NCBI RefSeq assembly: GCF_018977255.1
Contig: NW_024704771.1
Location: forward strand, 2,418,001 to 2,482,000
Direction of reading: 5' to 3'
From: Callorhinchus milii
Taxonomy: Eukaryota
DNA: 64,000 nt
The notes under the pieces: generated by a model
Database searches by the model: none
The model's input: the letters and a program-made list of their open reading frames with translations, nothing else
What the model was told of the DNA's origin: nothing
Shown: in pieces, positions 47,701 to 62,700 of the stretch
Numbering within the stretch: the stretch's first letter is position 1
Layout of the letters: each line of letters opens with the position of its first letter
Translations under genes and position numbers: made by a program

Positions 47701-50700
47701 ATTTCAGATCCATCACCCTTCGTCAGAATGGGTCAAAATCTATGATATTGAATCAGCTCAAAATACCGCGTATGGAATTGCTGCAGTGACTCTCTTTTTG
47801 TGGATAAATAGGGCATTTGGTTTACAGCAAAGTCCCACACACGTGAACTAGTGATTATCTGGGGTATTGTTGACCAGGACACTGGGGGAGAGAAAGTCCC
47901 TTTACTTTGCCAATAGCATCCGGGATCTTTAACATCCACCTGAACAGGCGCAGAAGGGATCTTGGTTTAACGCCTCATCCAAAGGTCAGCACGTCTGATA
48001 ATGCAGTGCTCTCCCACTGGAGCATGAGCTTGGATTGTGAGCTCAAACTCCCAAAGATGATAAGGATTAAAGAACATTATTTAAATATTAAACAACATTA
48101 AAGTCATCTTTTAATCACAAAGGTTAAACCATTTCAGATTTCATGCTAGAGTAGGTTAACAACATGAGTGTGTACAATTCGGTACCATGACCTCTAGCCT
48201 ACATTGGTTTATTCAGTCTTTACCTTACCTCTGGCTTTGATGTACAGGTAGGATTCTGTGTCAGGGACCTGGTTAAGAGGAGTTTCTGTATTTATGTCAT
48301 GCGAGCGTCTCACTGAAACAAAAACGCATGAAGGAAATCTCTGTTATAACGCATTTCTTTATGGCAAATTTAGTTTGGCATATGCCTGTTGCCCACGGGA
48401 AGCTTGCAGGAAGCTCCTGGTACCTACCACCAATCTAGTGAGGGCTCAAAACCCACATTTGCAGATTTTGAATGACCAAATAGTGACTATCTTCCTTGGG
48501 GTTAGGTAAGTGGGGTCTCTTTGGAAATGCTTGTCAATGGAATGTCAGAATTGAGCCAGCCTGTGTGACGGACTCCAGTCCAGTTCCTGAGCCAGGTCTG
48601 CAGTATTCCAGGGCACTGCTGATGGCAGCACAGCCAACCTGGCTGATTGGCAGGACTTGGAAGGGCAGACCAGCCATTGAGGGCAGGGAGTCATCAGCTC
48701 CTGTTAACCTGAAAGCCAAAGGCCCTAATGGGTAGGATGGTCATGCAGCAGGAAAGCTTGCCAGCCAGTAATGCCAATGGCAAGCTATGTGGTTTTAGCT
48801 GGCTAGATGTTACCACAATGCACACTCTGGGGTCCCCAAGCCTTGACTCTTGCCAACCTGCTCTGAATACTTTTCGAAGTTAGGTAAGCAGGTCGAGTCC
48901 CTCCAGGGAGAGAGTGTGCCTTCCATACCAAGAATCTATCTCTGGAATTTCTATATGTAGGGGAGGTGCATGGACATCTCAATTAGTTTGGATACTTTTA
49001 AGTATGGTAATGAGTTTCCACATTTGTCAGACACCCGGATGACCAAAAAGTAAATGCCTGTTCACCTTCCATGTGCCCACCTATACAAAATAGATGACTC
49101 CAGTTGTCAGGTCACCGCCAACTTCACTTCCTGTTCTCACGAGCAAAACAGGAAATGTCGTCGGCAGCGACCTGATGACCCTGACTCCTAGAGGTTGGCC
49201 ATTGCAGCTTTGCTCATGAGCTTAAAAAAATGATCACAAGGCCCTCCCGGCAATGCTACATCCTGTCTTCCGTACACAAACAAGACACGAAATCGGCTGT
49301 GATCTGATAATCTGAATGTCAGTCATTTTGCCATCAGTGCAGGAAGCAGTCACCCACCCCACTTAGCATTTGTACAATGGAACCTCACCCAGTGGATTAA
49401 TAAGAAGGCTCGTCTCTTCGGTCTTCATCACACCTTCCTCCTGCAAAATAAAGGGCTAACGTAGGTTAACAGAGCAAAACATTTTGCTGAAGTCACAAGA
49501 TCAGATAAGAAGTCCCTTCTGCCCATCTGATCTCATCCCTCCAGAGCACCAACCCTACCGTCCACCCAAGATGGCATCAAGCTGCTTTGTAAATTAATTC
49601 CAACGTCTTGGCTTCAATCACCCTTCCTGGTAACTCTGTCTCAAATATTAATGACCCTTTGCTCCATCTCAGTCCTCAGGGAGGCATCTTCCTTTGGATA
49701 ACAATATTCCTTGCAATTGATGCAGCGCCTTATCACATCTTAGAGATGTCTCAGAGTGCTTCACAGAATATAGTGAAAAGTAAATTGACTGTATATTTTG
49801 TGAGTGAAATGCGGCAGCCAATTGTACACAGCAATGTCCCACAAACATTCGTGGATTCAAGTGACCAGTTTATTATTTTTTTTAATGAATTATTACCCCC
49901 AGAAAAGTGACCCACCAATCGACTAACAACCTGCTGGACAGCAGCTTACTGCTAGGTAAACAGAAGCATGTGGAGTAAGGAAACCACTGAGCTACAGGAC
50001 GACATGATAAGACATGAAACCAAAGAAAGAAACAGGCACTACATTTGATAACTATTTGTGGTGGAGTCCTTTGAGACATCTTTCTGTTGTAGTCACTGTC
50101 AAATCATAATAATAATAATAGAAATGTAATTTCATTTGATATAGTGTCTACTTGTATCATGAAGATAACTCAAAGCTCTTTATAACAATCCTTGCAGTGC
50201 CTGTGTATTATGAAGGCAACGTGGCAACCAATTTTCACACGGCAACATCCCACAAACAGCCATCAAGTCAGTGTCCAATTTTATCTGAGTGATTGTCAGC
50301 CAGAACACCATGAGAGAGAAAATCCCTTTTGCTTTCCAACAATACTACAAGATTTTTAATTGTCCACCTGAGCAGGGCACCAACGGGATCTAAGTTTAAT
50401 AGACAGTGCTTCTAACAACGTGCCCCCCTCCCACAAACAAGTCAATGGAGTGTGAGCTCAAAGTCTCCAATATGGGCCTTGAGCCCATAACCTGCTGACT
50501 CCGAGATGAGTGTGTGATAGACTGAGCCAGGTTTAGACCTGGACGTGAGTATGATAATAATAATCCTTCAATTTGATATAGTGCCTCATCACGTCTTCTA
50601 GGCATCTCAAAGCATTTCACAGAATATAATGTAAGGTGTGTCGACTGTATATTTTTTACATGTGTATCTTGCTTCATACCACAACTCTCAGGTGCTTGAG

Positions 50701-53700
50701 AAGAGCATCTCTCTGTCCACTTGTGCTGAGTGCAACCACATGGATCGGGATATTCCCAGCCACCAGTGGAACGATTGGAAAGCCCAGGGAATGGGCAGAG
50801 TTTCTTCTGACAGTAATAACTCGGGCTTCATCCTTTGAAGTGGCCGGGCTACAGAGACCATCAGCTCCCCTCATGTACACGAAGACCTGAGAGACACGGA
50901 GTGTGTGGGAAGGGATAGGGGAGAGTGGGGGTGAGAAAGCACAGGGTCACACATTCGCTATTCTCCACATGAAACAATCCCCATCTTTATACACATTCAT
51001 GGAATTAAGTAAGGAACCTTCCATAACCAGTTACAGAATTAATCTTTAATAACTAGTCACACTGATACCAAATGTAATTGGTAGTTATTAAACAGACTTT
51101 ACCCACAGAGTCATGAACACGGACACAAATACACACAACCTGGGTTAGTAACAGCCTGGGTTAGTTGATAGACATGGTGAGTTAATAAGTAATAATAACA
51201 ACCCTTGCATTTGATATAGCACCTATCACGACTCTGAGATGTCTCAAAGTGCTTCACAAGATTTACTGTAAATTAAAGATATATTTTTGTGGACGAATGT
51301 GGCAGCCAACTGCATATAGCAGTGACCTACAAAAGTCATGGATTGAGTGATGAAATTATCATCATTATTTTTTTTGAGGGATTATTATCCCCGGAAAAGC
51401 AATCTGCCAATCGACTAACAGCCGGTTCCTACTTATTGCTAGGTAAACAGAGGCATGTGTGTGTATGGAGTAAGAAAACTTTTGCCCTGCTGGGAATCAT
51501 TCCCAGGTCCTCTTGTTTGTGAAGTGAGTACTCTAACCACTGAGCTACAGGTGTCCACATGCCAGACCGATTCACAGATTGGATTTGTTACAGCCTGGGT
51601 TAGTTGATAGACCAGGTTAGTTGTCAGACCAGGTTGACAGATTGGGTTTGATGACAGACGAGTTCTGTTGGCCTCTGTACCTGGATATCCTGGGCGAGAT
51701 AGTTGTACAATATCACTCTCACATCCACCTGCTCATTCCTTGTCACCGCATTCGGGAGTCTCATTGATATAAAAAACTCCTGGAATACTGTCAGTTTCTT
51801 GGATTCCGCGACACAGAATCCTGAAGAATTAAAACAAAATTCCAACATTTGTAAACTGTTCCCTAAATCCATCTTTTTTATACTGATTTATGCAATTTTT
51901 ACACAGATTTCACAATTTTACATAATTAATAATGATATTCCTTGCACTTGATATAGCACCTTATTACAACAACAACAAGATTTCATTTATTGAGCGCCTT
52001 TTATGTCGAGAGGACGTCCCAAGGCACTGGACAGTTAGGTCGGGACCTGAGCAGGGGGTAAATGGTCAGGGTGAGGGGAGGGAAGGGAGGGAGCGAGTAG
52101 AAAGTCGAGAGGGGAGCTGAAGGCACGGTCGAAGAGAAAGGTCTTGAGACCGGCATTGAAGGAGGAAAAGGAGGAGGCGGCGAAGGCACTGGGGGATGGA
52201 GTTCCAGAGCCTCGGGGCTGAGAGGCTGAAGGCCCGGCCACCGATGGTAGGGCGGTTGGGGCGGGGGATGTGGAGCAGACCGGAGCCAGAGGAACGGAGG
52301 GTACGGGCAGGTAGGTAGGGGGATAGTAGGTCGGAGAGGTAGGAGGGACAAGGCTGTGAATGGCCTTGTAGGTGAGGATGAGGATCTTGAATCAATCCTC
52401 TGGGGGATGGGGAGCCAGTGGAGGTGAGCGAGGGTGGGAGTGATGTGGTCCGTGTCTGGTGCGGGACAGTACACGAGCTGCAGAGTTCTGGATGACCTGC
52501 AGCTTGTGGAGGGAGGTGGCGGGAAGGCCGGCGAGGAGAGAGTTCCCATAGTCCAGCCTTGAGGTGATAAAGGCGTGGACCAGAGTTTCAGCCGCGTGAG
52601 GGGTGAGGTAGTGCCGTAGTCTGGCGATGTTTCGGAGGTGATGGAAGGCGGTGCCAGTTGTGGTGCGGATATGAGGAAGAAAGGACAGCTCAGGGTCGAA
52701 CAGAACCCGAGGTTCCTGACCGGCTTTGAGAGGTGAAGAGTGCAGCCTTGGATGCTGATGCTGTCAGCACCTGAGGTGCGGAGGCGCTGACGTGAGCCAA
52801 TCAGGAGGGCCTCAGTTTTGCACATGTTGAACTAAAGAAAGTTGTCTCTCGTCCAGACTCGATGACAGACAGGCAGCTGTCAGGACATCGGGGTCGTGGA
52901 GTTGAGGGTAGAGGAGGAAAGGTAGAGTTGGGATTATCAGGTATTATCATTGAGCCATCTCAAAGCACTTCACAGAATATACTGTTAAGTGAATTGACTG
53001 TATATTTTGTAGGCAAATCCAGGCAGCCAATTGCACACAGCAATTTCCCACAAACAGTCATGGATTGAGTGACCAATTTTTTTTTGAACGAATTATTCTA
53101 CAGTGTGCATTGTTTTTGGGAGAGTGGGGCATAACTGCTGGAGTCTAAAGACCTAAAACCATTGAGAGCACTGTCTGGTAAGTTTACCATTGTTTAACCC
53201 AAAGCACATTACAGGTTATTACACATTACTGGGCTGCTGTGCTCACCCACAATTTACTGTACAGTTACAGTATTTTGTGGGTGAGCACAACAGCCCAGTT
53301 TACACACAACAATGTCCACATAAACAGCTATGAAGGTAAGTGACCAATTTATTTTGGGGATTGTTGGAGAGACAGAGGGAAACCCCTTCTCTTTTCCAAT
53401 AGCATTGCGGGATCTTCATAATAATCCTTGCATTTGATATAGCAGTTTATCACGTTTTTGGGACGTCTCAAAGTGCTTCTTATAATATACTATAAAGTGA
53501 ATTGACTGTATATTTTGTGGGCAAAATGCGGCAGCCAATTGTGCACATCAGTGACCACATTCAGTCGCGGATTGAGGGGCCAAATTATTATTAATATTTT
53601 TGTTGGAAGGGATTATTATCCCTGGAAAAGGGATCACCAATCAACTAAGTACCGGGTTCCTACTTACTGTTAGATAAACAGGTGTTTGTGTGGAGTGAGG

Positions 53701-56700
53701 AAACTTGCCCAACATTTAACTGTGAGGAGAGAGTGAGGAGTGAGGTTCAATGTCTCACACAAATGTCAGAAACTCCCTTGTGCTGATTGGAGCAACAGTT
53801 TAGATTTTCCTGATGTTGGGGTTGAACCCACAATCTCTGCTTCTGAGCCGAGTGCACTATTGACTATGTCACACTGATGCACAATCGGAAATCTGCTCCA
53901 ATGCTCAGCTGAAAGAACGATACCAAGACTTTAAGGGTTGAATTATGAGGATAAGTTGCATAAAGTTAGTTTCTATTCCCTTGTCTTTAGAAGGTCGAGG
54001 GGTGATCTGATTGAGGTGTTTATGACGAGAAACGGATTTGTTAGTGTAGATGCAGTGAAACTATTTCCCCTGGTGGGGGAGTCAAGAACAAAAATCATTT
54101 TAAAATTAGAGCCAGGCCATTTAGGAGGGAAACCAGGAGGCAGCTTCTCACCCAAAGTGTGGTGGAAATATGGAACGCTCACTCTCAAAAGGCTGTGGAT
54201 GCTGGATTCACTCACATCTTCAAGACTGAGGTATATAAATATTTGTTAGCTCAGATTATTAAGGGATATGGGACAAGGACGAGTAACTGGGCTTGAGGTA
54301 TAGATCAGCCATGATCTTATAAAATGGCAGAACAGGCTGGAGTGGCTGAGTAGCCTACTCTAGTTTCTATTATCTATGTATTTATGATATTAAGGAATTG
54401 GTTTACCTTTATTGTCAAACATGGCGACTGCTTGAATCTCCCAGGTTGTGATGGAGTCAGGAATGCGAGCCGACAATCTAAAATTTTTTTGAAAAAATAT
54501 TTGTTATCCCTTACTAACAAAGAAAAATAATTAACAAATCTTTATACTTTTCAAATATCTTAGTGGTCTCGCCCCCAACCCCCTGATGCCCCCCTTCTGT
54601 GACCTCCCACCCCTGCCCATTATTGTCACAAGGCAGCCAATTGCGCACAGCAGTGTCCCACAAACATTAATGGATTGAGGGGCCAATTTAATAAATTTTT
54701 TAAGGAATTATTACCCTTGGAAAAGCAATCCGCTAATCAACTAACAACTGAGTTCCTACTAACTGCTAGGTAAACAGAGTTGTGTGGAGTAAGGAAACTT
54801 GCCTGATATTTCACCCTGTTCAGGAATCGAACCCAGATCTCTTGCGTGGGAGGCGAGTGCTCTAAACACAAGCTACAGAACTCCTATTTGAATGATATGA
54901 GTTTAAATTCCAATGTGAGGCTTGATCCCACAATTTTATGAGTGCTGTTGTCTGAGCCAGCCTGACCCGGTGGGCACTTTAGAGTTGGAGGGACTTGAGG
55001 ATAGAGTCCGAGCAATGGGGACTGAGTGGGTAAAACATCCCTCACTGATGGGGTAAAATGTTTCTGAGGGAAGATCTTACGTGTGGTTTCCTGGACCCTG
55101 AACTCGGTGGTTCCCCCACAGCCAACTGTGAGGGAAGATACTGCGAACATGGATTGACGTCTCATCAAAAAACTCCTCAAACTCCAATGGCAGAGCTGTG
55201 AGGGGAGGAGATACAGAGTGTGATGATTATACAGAGCTGTGAGGAGAGAGAAAGTGGAGATTATACAGAACTGTGAGGAGAGAGGGTGGAGAGTGCCGAG
55301 ATGTGAGGAGAGAAAGGGGAGATTACACAGAGATGTGAGGAGAGAGTGTGGAGATTACAGAGATGAAACAGACAGGCAGAAAGAGAGACAGAAAGAAGAG
55401 GCAGCCTGGCAGGAGTTGGATGGGTAGGCTGGCAGGCAAGCAGGCACACAATGAAACAGACACAGACAGAATGAGAGATAAACAAAGAATCAAAGATAGA
55501 AAGAAATACAGAGAGACAGACAGCCAAATGGACAGGGGGTGAATGGATGGACAGACAGACGAACAGAGGATGGAAAGACACACAGAAAGAGGAAGAGACA
55601 GACAGACTAATAGAGAGACAGAGACAGAACATACAGATAGACAGAGGGACAGACAGAGACAGACAGAGCCAGACGAAGACAGACACAGACACAGACACAA
55701 GACAGGCAGAGACAGACAGAGACAGACACAAACAGATAGAGACAGACAGAGACAGACAGATGGCGTTTCTTACATCTGGCCACTGACCGCACATTCAGTG
55801 ACTGGTTTCTCCTTAGCTCGACTCCGTACTGACAACAGAGCAGGAAGACCGCCCTGCACCTCCGCTCTCTCACCCTCTCCACTCGACGGCCACAGCTGTA
55901 CCTCATCGGGATCTTGGTCAGTCCATCCGTACAGCACTTCCTGAGCCTGGGCTCAGTGTACTGATTCACTGGAAGACAAACAGGCAGAGCCGTCAGCCTG
56001 TCAGCCTGGCTCAGTCAGCAACACTCACGTCTCTGAGTCAGAAGCTTGTGGGTTACAGTCCAACATTGGCCACAAAATATAAAGTCAATTCACTTTACAT
56101 TATATTCTGTAAATTTCTTTGAGACATCTTGAAGGCCCTATATCAAATGCAAGGATTATTATGTCAGCTCACAATCTAAGATGCTTTATTGCAGAATGGA
56201 TGGATTTCCAGATCCTCACACTCACACACAAATCATTTCACCTTCCTACCCCTCTGACCACTCACACTCTACTCCACTACCCAATGCTCAGCCATTGCTC
56301 GGCTGGCTCTTATTTTCTGCATGTCCCTCATACTCTCTGCTCCACAATCGGCAGCTGTACTTCTAGCCATCATGCCCTGAGGCTCTCCTACTGCCTTCCT
56401 CAATCATTGCCTGTCTGCAACTCAATGTTGACAAGACGGAAGTCACATTCATTTGCTCCCATCAATATCTTCTATCCTGCAACTCTGACCTCCTTAACCT
56501 CTGCGACGTATCCCTCAGACTACCGAACCGTGTGCAACGTAAGCGTCAGGTCCAACTTACAGCTGTCCTTCCTTCCCCACATCCGGTCCCTGACCAGGAC
56601 CACATTCCTCTGCCTCTGTAAAATTGCTCACCTCCATGACTTCTCGACTCAACTTCTCAAAGGCCCTCTATTCCACTAACTCCACCATGCACAGGATCCA

Positions 56701-59700
56701 GCTAATCCAAAACACTATTGCCCACATACTCATCCGCACTAATCTCCGTACCCCCATCACACCAGTTCCCTATCACTAAATGGATCAATTTCAAGATCCT
56801 CACACTCATTTTCAAATCCCCTCATGCCCTTGCAGCTCTCTACCTCTCCGACCTGCTTCACAACTCACAACCCATTCCTCTGTTATTGTTGTTTGTTGTT
56901 GTGTTGTCGACTTGCTTCGGCCTTCTGCATATCCCTCGTACCCTCCGTTCCACCATTGATGGCTGCGCTATCAGCCATTATGCCCAAAACTCTGCAGCCC
57001 TCTTCCTCTATCCCTCAATTTTACTCTTTCCTTCCCCATCTTCAGGTCATATCTGAAGACCATCCTATTCAACTGTGCCTTTGGTCACCTCCCCTGGCTC
57101 GGCGTCATGCTCTACCACCGTCAAGTGCTCTGGGACGCTTCCCCTGCATGAGGAGACGCTAAATAAATGCAATTTTTTGTGGTTGTTATCTTGAGATTGC
57201 ATCTGAAGTTCTTCCTCTTCGACAACACTTACAGTCACCTCGCCTCTCACCTGGCTTGGCGTGAAGGATGCTATATAAGTGTAAGTTGTTGTAAATCACG
57301 CTTACATCCTTCCTCTTTGAACGTGCCTATGGTCAGCTCCTCCTACCCTCTCCCTTGGTGTCCGACCCCTGTGCAGCGCTCTGAGACATTACTGTTCAAG
57401 ATAGGGTACTGTGTAAATGTGAATTATTGTTTTGGTTCCTACATTTGTTGGTGTATTCTTTCTGAACATCCAGCGATCGTTTCTGCCTCCTGGCATCTTC
57501 CTCACATGAATATCCTGAATGTGGAACAAACAGTGCAACAAGGTTGTTTTGGAGACTTTTAAGCATGATGGTAGGTTTTTGCATGGTTCACACACCCGGT
57601 TGAATGAAAAGAAGCAATAACTTACAGAATCGAGATGCTTCTGAACAAGCAATCTTTCAGGCGGGAAACTGAGGGGTATTTTTTACCTTTACGAAATTCT
57701 GACTTTGCCACATCAGAGAGAAATGTCAGTCCGGCATCCATAAATACTCCAACAGTGTTTGCTCCACCTCCATAATAACACCCTAGGTCATACGAGTTCA
57801 TCGCTTCAAAGACCTTTTGACAAACCAACAAGGTTACTGCCATTACCACAACAAATATAAACCAACAGCAACTTGCATTTATTGGGTAACACTAGTAACA
57901 CTTCACAGTGATTAACAGTGGTGGGTCTTGTCACTGAGCCAGAGAGAGGTGGGAGTTAGGCAGGGTCAAAGAGGAAGGTCTGAAGATAGGTGAGGTAGAG
58001 GGAGCGAGGTAGAGGGATTGAAGCAGAGTGATAAAGTTTCGGGTGCAGTGACTGATTGAAGAAAGCATTGGAGAAACCGAAATAAGAGGTAATAACAATC
58101 CTGGCATTTGATGAAGCAACTCTCACATCACACGATATACAGTAAAGTGAAATGACTGTGTATTTTGTGGGAAACGTGGTATTCAATTCGCGCACAGCAA
58201 AAGCACAAACCAATTTTATTTGGAGGATTCGTGGCCAAGAGAGAGGTACTAACTTCTCTTTTCCAATTGGCCATTGGGTCCTTTAAAGTCCACCTGACCA
58301 TAGTCCTTGTGGTTTAACGTCTCAACCGAAGTACTGTGCCTCCGATAATGCAGCATTCCCTCCAGCACTGAACTGGTGTAGAGTGAGAGAGTGATTGTAG
58401 ACGGTGTGTGATGTGGAGTCATGAGAAAGTCACTGCATCACATCACTCTGGAATTCCCTTCCTCACTCCCTTCGCCTCGAGGGCACTATATAAATTCAAG
58501 TTGTTGTTGTTGTTGCAGAATGAGACTCCACATACCTTTCTGGCTGTCAACTTGTACTTGTTGTTCACAATGTAAACAGCTGAATCCACAGCCACCATGG
58601 CCACATCGGCAGCATCATCCGTGCTCAGTATGACATTAAGGTCACTGCCGGGAGCGTGCCTTTGATCCATCTCCTTTACTTCAATCTGACAAAGGCGAGC
58701 ACAGAGCCACATATCACATGAAGGGTCAATATACTATAATAATCATAATAGTATAGTGCCCTAATACATCTCACAGGATACACTGTAATGTGTAGTGACT
58801 GTGTACTTTGTGGGCAAAACACAGCAGCCAGTTATGCACAGCATTGCCCCGCAAACAGCCACTCAGCGAGTGACCAAGGTTATTTGGGGGATTTGTCAGA
58901 CAGGACACCAGGAGACAACCTCCCTTATCTTTTTGAATAGAGCCAGAAGATCTTCAACACCCACCTGAACATGCAAAAGGGACCTCACTTTAACATCTGA
59001 ATAATTAATATTGATAAGTGATAACAATTAACATTAATTATTAATAAATAACATTAATTAATAATAGCTAACATTAATTTATAATAATCAACTAATAATA
59101 ACTAGGAATGATAATTAATTAATATTAATAATTAGTGATTAACCGTTAATCGTAATAAGTAGATCGAGTTCAAGATTCTGGTCCTCACCTTTAAATCCCT
59201 CCATATAACTCTATGTTACTTTATGTAACATTGTGTTACTCTATGTTATACACTACTCTATGTAACTCTGTGTTACTCTATATTATTCTATGTAACTCTA
59301 TGTTACTCTGTGTTACCCTGTGTTACCCTGTGTTACTTGATTTTACTCAATGTGATGAGTTGGTTGTGAAAGCCTTACCTTTCCCTCACATTCGTCCTTC
59401 ACATCGACCCATAAAGAGTTGGCCACCATCTCGCTCCTGTGGTCATTACCGATGTAATAATAGGCAATGAGGCGAAACGTCGGGACCAGACTCACATCCA
59501 CTGGGATGGTAAGTTCAGTCTTTTCCAACCTGCGGGTCTTACCAGCTCGAACTACTCTGCCCTTGTTTGTAACCTGTGGGTACAACAAACCAGAGAATTA
59601 CTGGGCAGGACTGGGGTAAAGGAGGAGAGATGACAAGACGGGTCTCAGCCTTGACTCAGTTATGCTCTCACCTCTAGACTTAGAAGCTTGTAGGTTGGAG

Positions 59701-62700
59701 CCACTGTGTGTCAGATTGTAGGCTAACATTCCAGTGCAATGCCGGGGGGGAATACTTACCCGGAACAAACTCTGGACCACCATCACCAAACGGATTGAAT
59801 TCAAGATCCTCACACTCGTGTTCAAATCCCTTCACCTCTCTGACCTCCTCACTCCGCAATCCACCACCCAGTGCCTCTGCTCAACTACCTCCCATCTCCT
59901 GCTTGTCCCTCGCATCCTCCTCTCTACCATTGGAGGTCGCACATTCAGCCACGTTGCCCTCAAACTCTGGAAGACTCTCCCTCTGTCTCTCCACTTTCTC
60001 CCCTCTCTCCCCTTTTTCAAGTCCTGCTAGAAAAGCTTCCTTTTCGACCATGCTTATGGTATCCACCCCAACCACACCAGGACACTGGAAGAGAGAGAAA
60101 CAAACTTCTCTTTCCCAATAGTGCAGTGGGAACATTTTAATGTCCACCTGAACATGGCACAGATAGGTCTTGGGTTTAATGTGTCAATCTGAGCACGGTG
60201 TCTCTTTCAACACAGCGCTCCTCCAGCACTGCACGTGAGTGTCAGCCTAGACTATGTGAGCTCAAAGTCCCCGATATGTGGTGAGAAAGGGAAGAAGTTT
60301 CAACCCACAACTTACTGACCCCAGTGTCCAGCACATTAAGATTTATGAAAGTCTAAAAATTTACTGACCAGATAATAAATGTAGTCAACATCTCCAAGTT
60401 CCGGCTCAGTCACAGCTTCCAGTTGCACAGTGAGGACCTGTCCGGAGCGGACGAGAGTAGGCTGAACGTACATGTGAAGGTAGCTCCTGCTCACAGATTG
60501 ATAGGCATGGACAATATGCACAGCTTGACTGAACTCTCTCCCCCGAGTCCCCTCACCAGCAGTGATCTGCCAAGGGTACATCTTCATTAGCTCAGATAAA
60601 TAATCACATTATCGTACATTGAATTGCAGAGCCCTTTAGGTTGGGAGGACATCTCAAAGCACTTCACTGGATTCAATGTAAAGTGCAGTGACCGTGTATT
60701 GCAGGTGAACATGGCAGTCAATTTGCACACAATGATACACCACAAACAACCATGGAAGCGAGCAACTAATAGAGGAATTAGCTGTGAGCACCAATTAAGA
60801 CAAGCTGTGGCTCTTTAGTCTTGAAAGAAGATGATTCAAAGAAGTGTTTAAAATTTTAAACAGGATTGAAAAAGTCAACCCAGAGCAATATTTTAGGTTG
60901 CACCAAGAACAAGGGGATGCAGATTTAGAGTGGCAATTTCAGGACAGATACCAGGATGTTTTCCTTTTCCCAGAAGGTAATCAAGAACTGAAACAGGATT
61001 GCCAGGAAGGGTGGTTAAAGCCAGGACATTGGAATTTGTTTTAAAAGCAGTTCGATGGGGAACAGTTGGGCAGGAGTTCTGGAGGAATGGGCAGAATGGC
61101 TTTTTTTTTATTCGAACCAATCCATCTCTTTCACAGGCTACAAATATGCAGAATTGTGTACTCCAGTGCTGCGCAGTCCTTGATATGAAAATGGCTTCCA
61201 AATTCAGGAAAGAATAGTCTAGAGAACAGTCTGAATCCTCCGGCTATCGGGAATTTTTCAGGCTATGGATGGACAGGCAGTTGATCCACAGGCAGTGGAT
61301 GGACAGGATCTGATGGACAGACTGTGGATGGACAGGCAATGGATTAACAGAGAGTGGATGGACAGACTGTGATGGACAGGCTGTGATGGACAGGCTGTGG
61401 ATCTCCAGGCAGTGGATTGACAAGAGTGGATGGACAGACTGGGGATGAACAAGCAGTGATGCACAGGCTGGAATAGACTGGCTGTGATGGACAAGCAGTG
61501 GATAGGTCAGGCAATGGATGGACAGGGAATGGATGGACAGGCTGTGATGGACAGGCAATGGATAGACAGGCAGTGGATGGATAGACAGCGGATGGAAAGC
61601 TGTGATGGCCAGGCGGTGGATCCACAGGCAGTGGATTGACAGATAGTGGATGGACAAGCTGTGATTGACAGGTGGTGGATGGACAGGCAATGATGGACAG
61701 GCTGTGATGGACAGGCAGTGGAAGGACAAACTATATGGCCAGGCAGTGGATGAATAGAATGTGTTGGACAGGCAGTGGATGGAAAGGCTGTGATGGACAG
61801 GCAGTGGATAGAGACTATGTTGGACTGGCTGGGGATGGACAGGATGTGATGGACAGGGACTGGATGGACAGGCTGTGATGGACAGGCTGTGATGGACAGG
61901 CAGCGATGGATAGGCAGCGATGGACACGCTGTGATGGACAGACTGTGATGGACAGGCTGTGATGGACAGACTGTGATGGACAGGCTAGGGATGGCCAGGC
62001 TGTGATGGACAGGCAGTGGGTGGACAGGCAATGGATGGTCAGGCAGTAGAGGAATAGGCAGTGGATGGTCAGGCAGTAGATGGACAGGCTGTGATGGACA
62101 GGCAATGGATCCATAAGCAATGGATTAACAGGCAATGATGGACAGGCTGTGATTGACAGGAGGGGGATGGACAGGCTGTGAAGGACAGGCAATGAATGGA
62201 CATGCAGTGGATGGACATGCAGTGGATGGACATGCAGTGGATGGACAGGCTGTGATGGACAGACTGTGATGGACAGGCTGTGATGGACAGACTGTGAAGG
62301 ACAGGCTGTGGTGGACAGGCTGTGATGGACAGGCAGTGATTGACAGGCTGAGGCTGTGGATGGACAGGTGGTGAATGGATGCTCACATTCACAGAGAGAA
62401 TGCTGGCGTTAGCGGGGGCAACCACTTCAAACACCACTGTGCCGGTCTCATCCGTGTACAAGGTATATCCTTCTACTGTCACTGGAATATTTGGGGTAGG
62501 AGATTGGTCAGGAGACGTCACCAACACCTAATAAAAAGCAGATCACATACAGTGAGTATCACACAGTGAGTCTATTACACAGTGAATATATCACACAGTG
62601 AGTGTAATAGTAATACTATTAATAATCCTTGCATTTGTCACAGCACCTTATCAAGTCTTCGAGATGTCTCAAAGTTCTTTGTACGATATAATGTAAAGTG

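Noticed and set aside
51151-51612. 23-nt direct repeat ACAGCCTGGGTTAGTTGATAGAC flanking a SINE
   Set aside because: Best explained as local duplication associated with the insertion; no array or spacer structure, so not CRISPR-like
61244-62192. Several 90-230 aa ORFs rich in S/I/H/C/P
   Set aside because: Translations of the minisatellite
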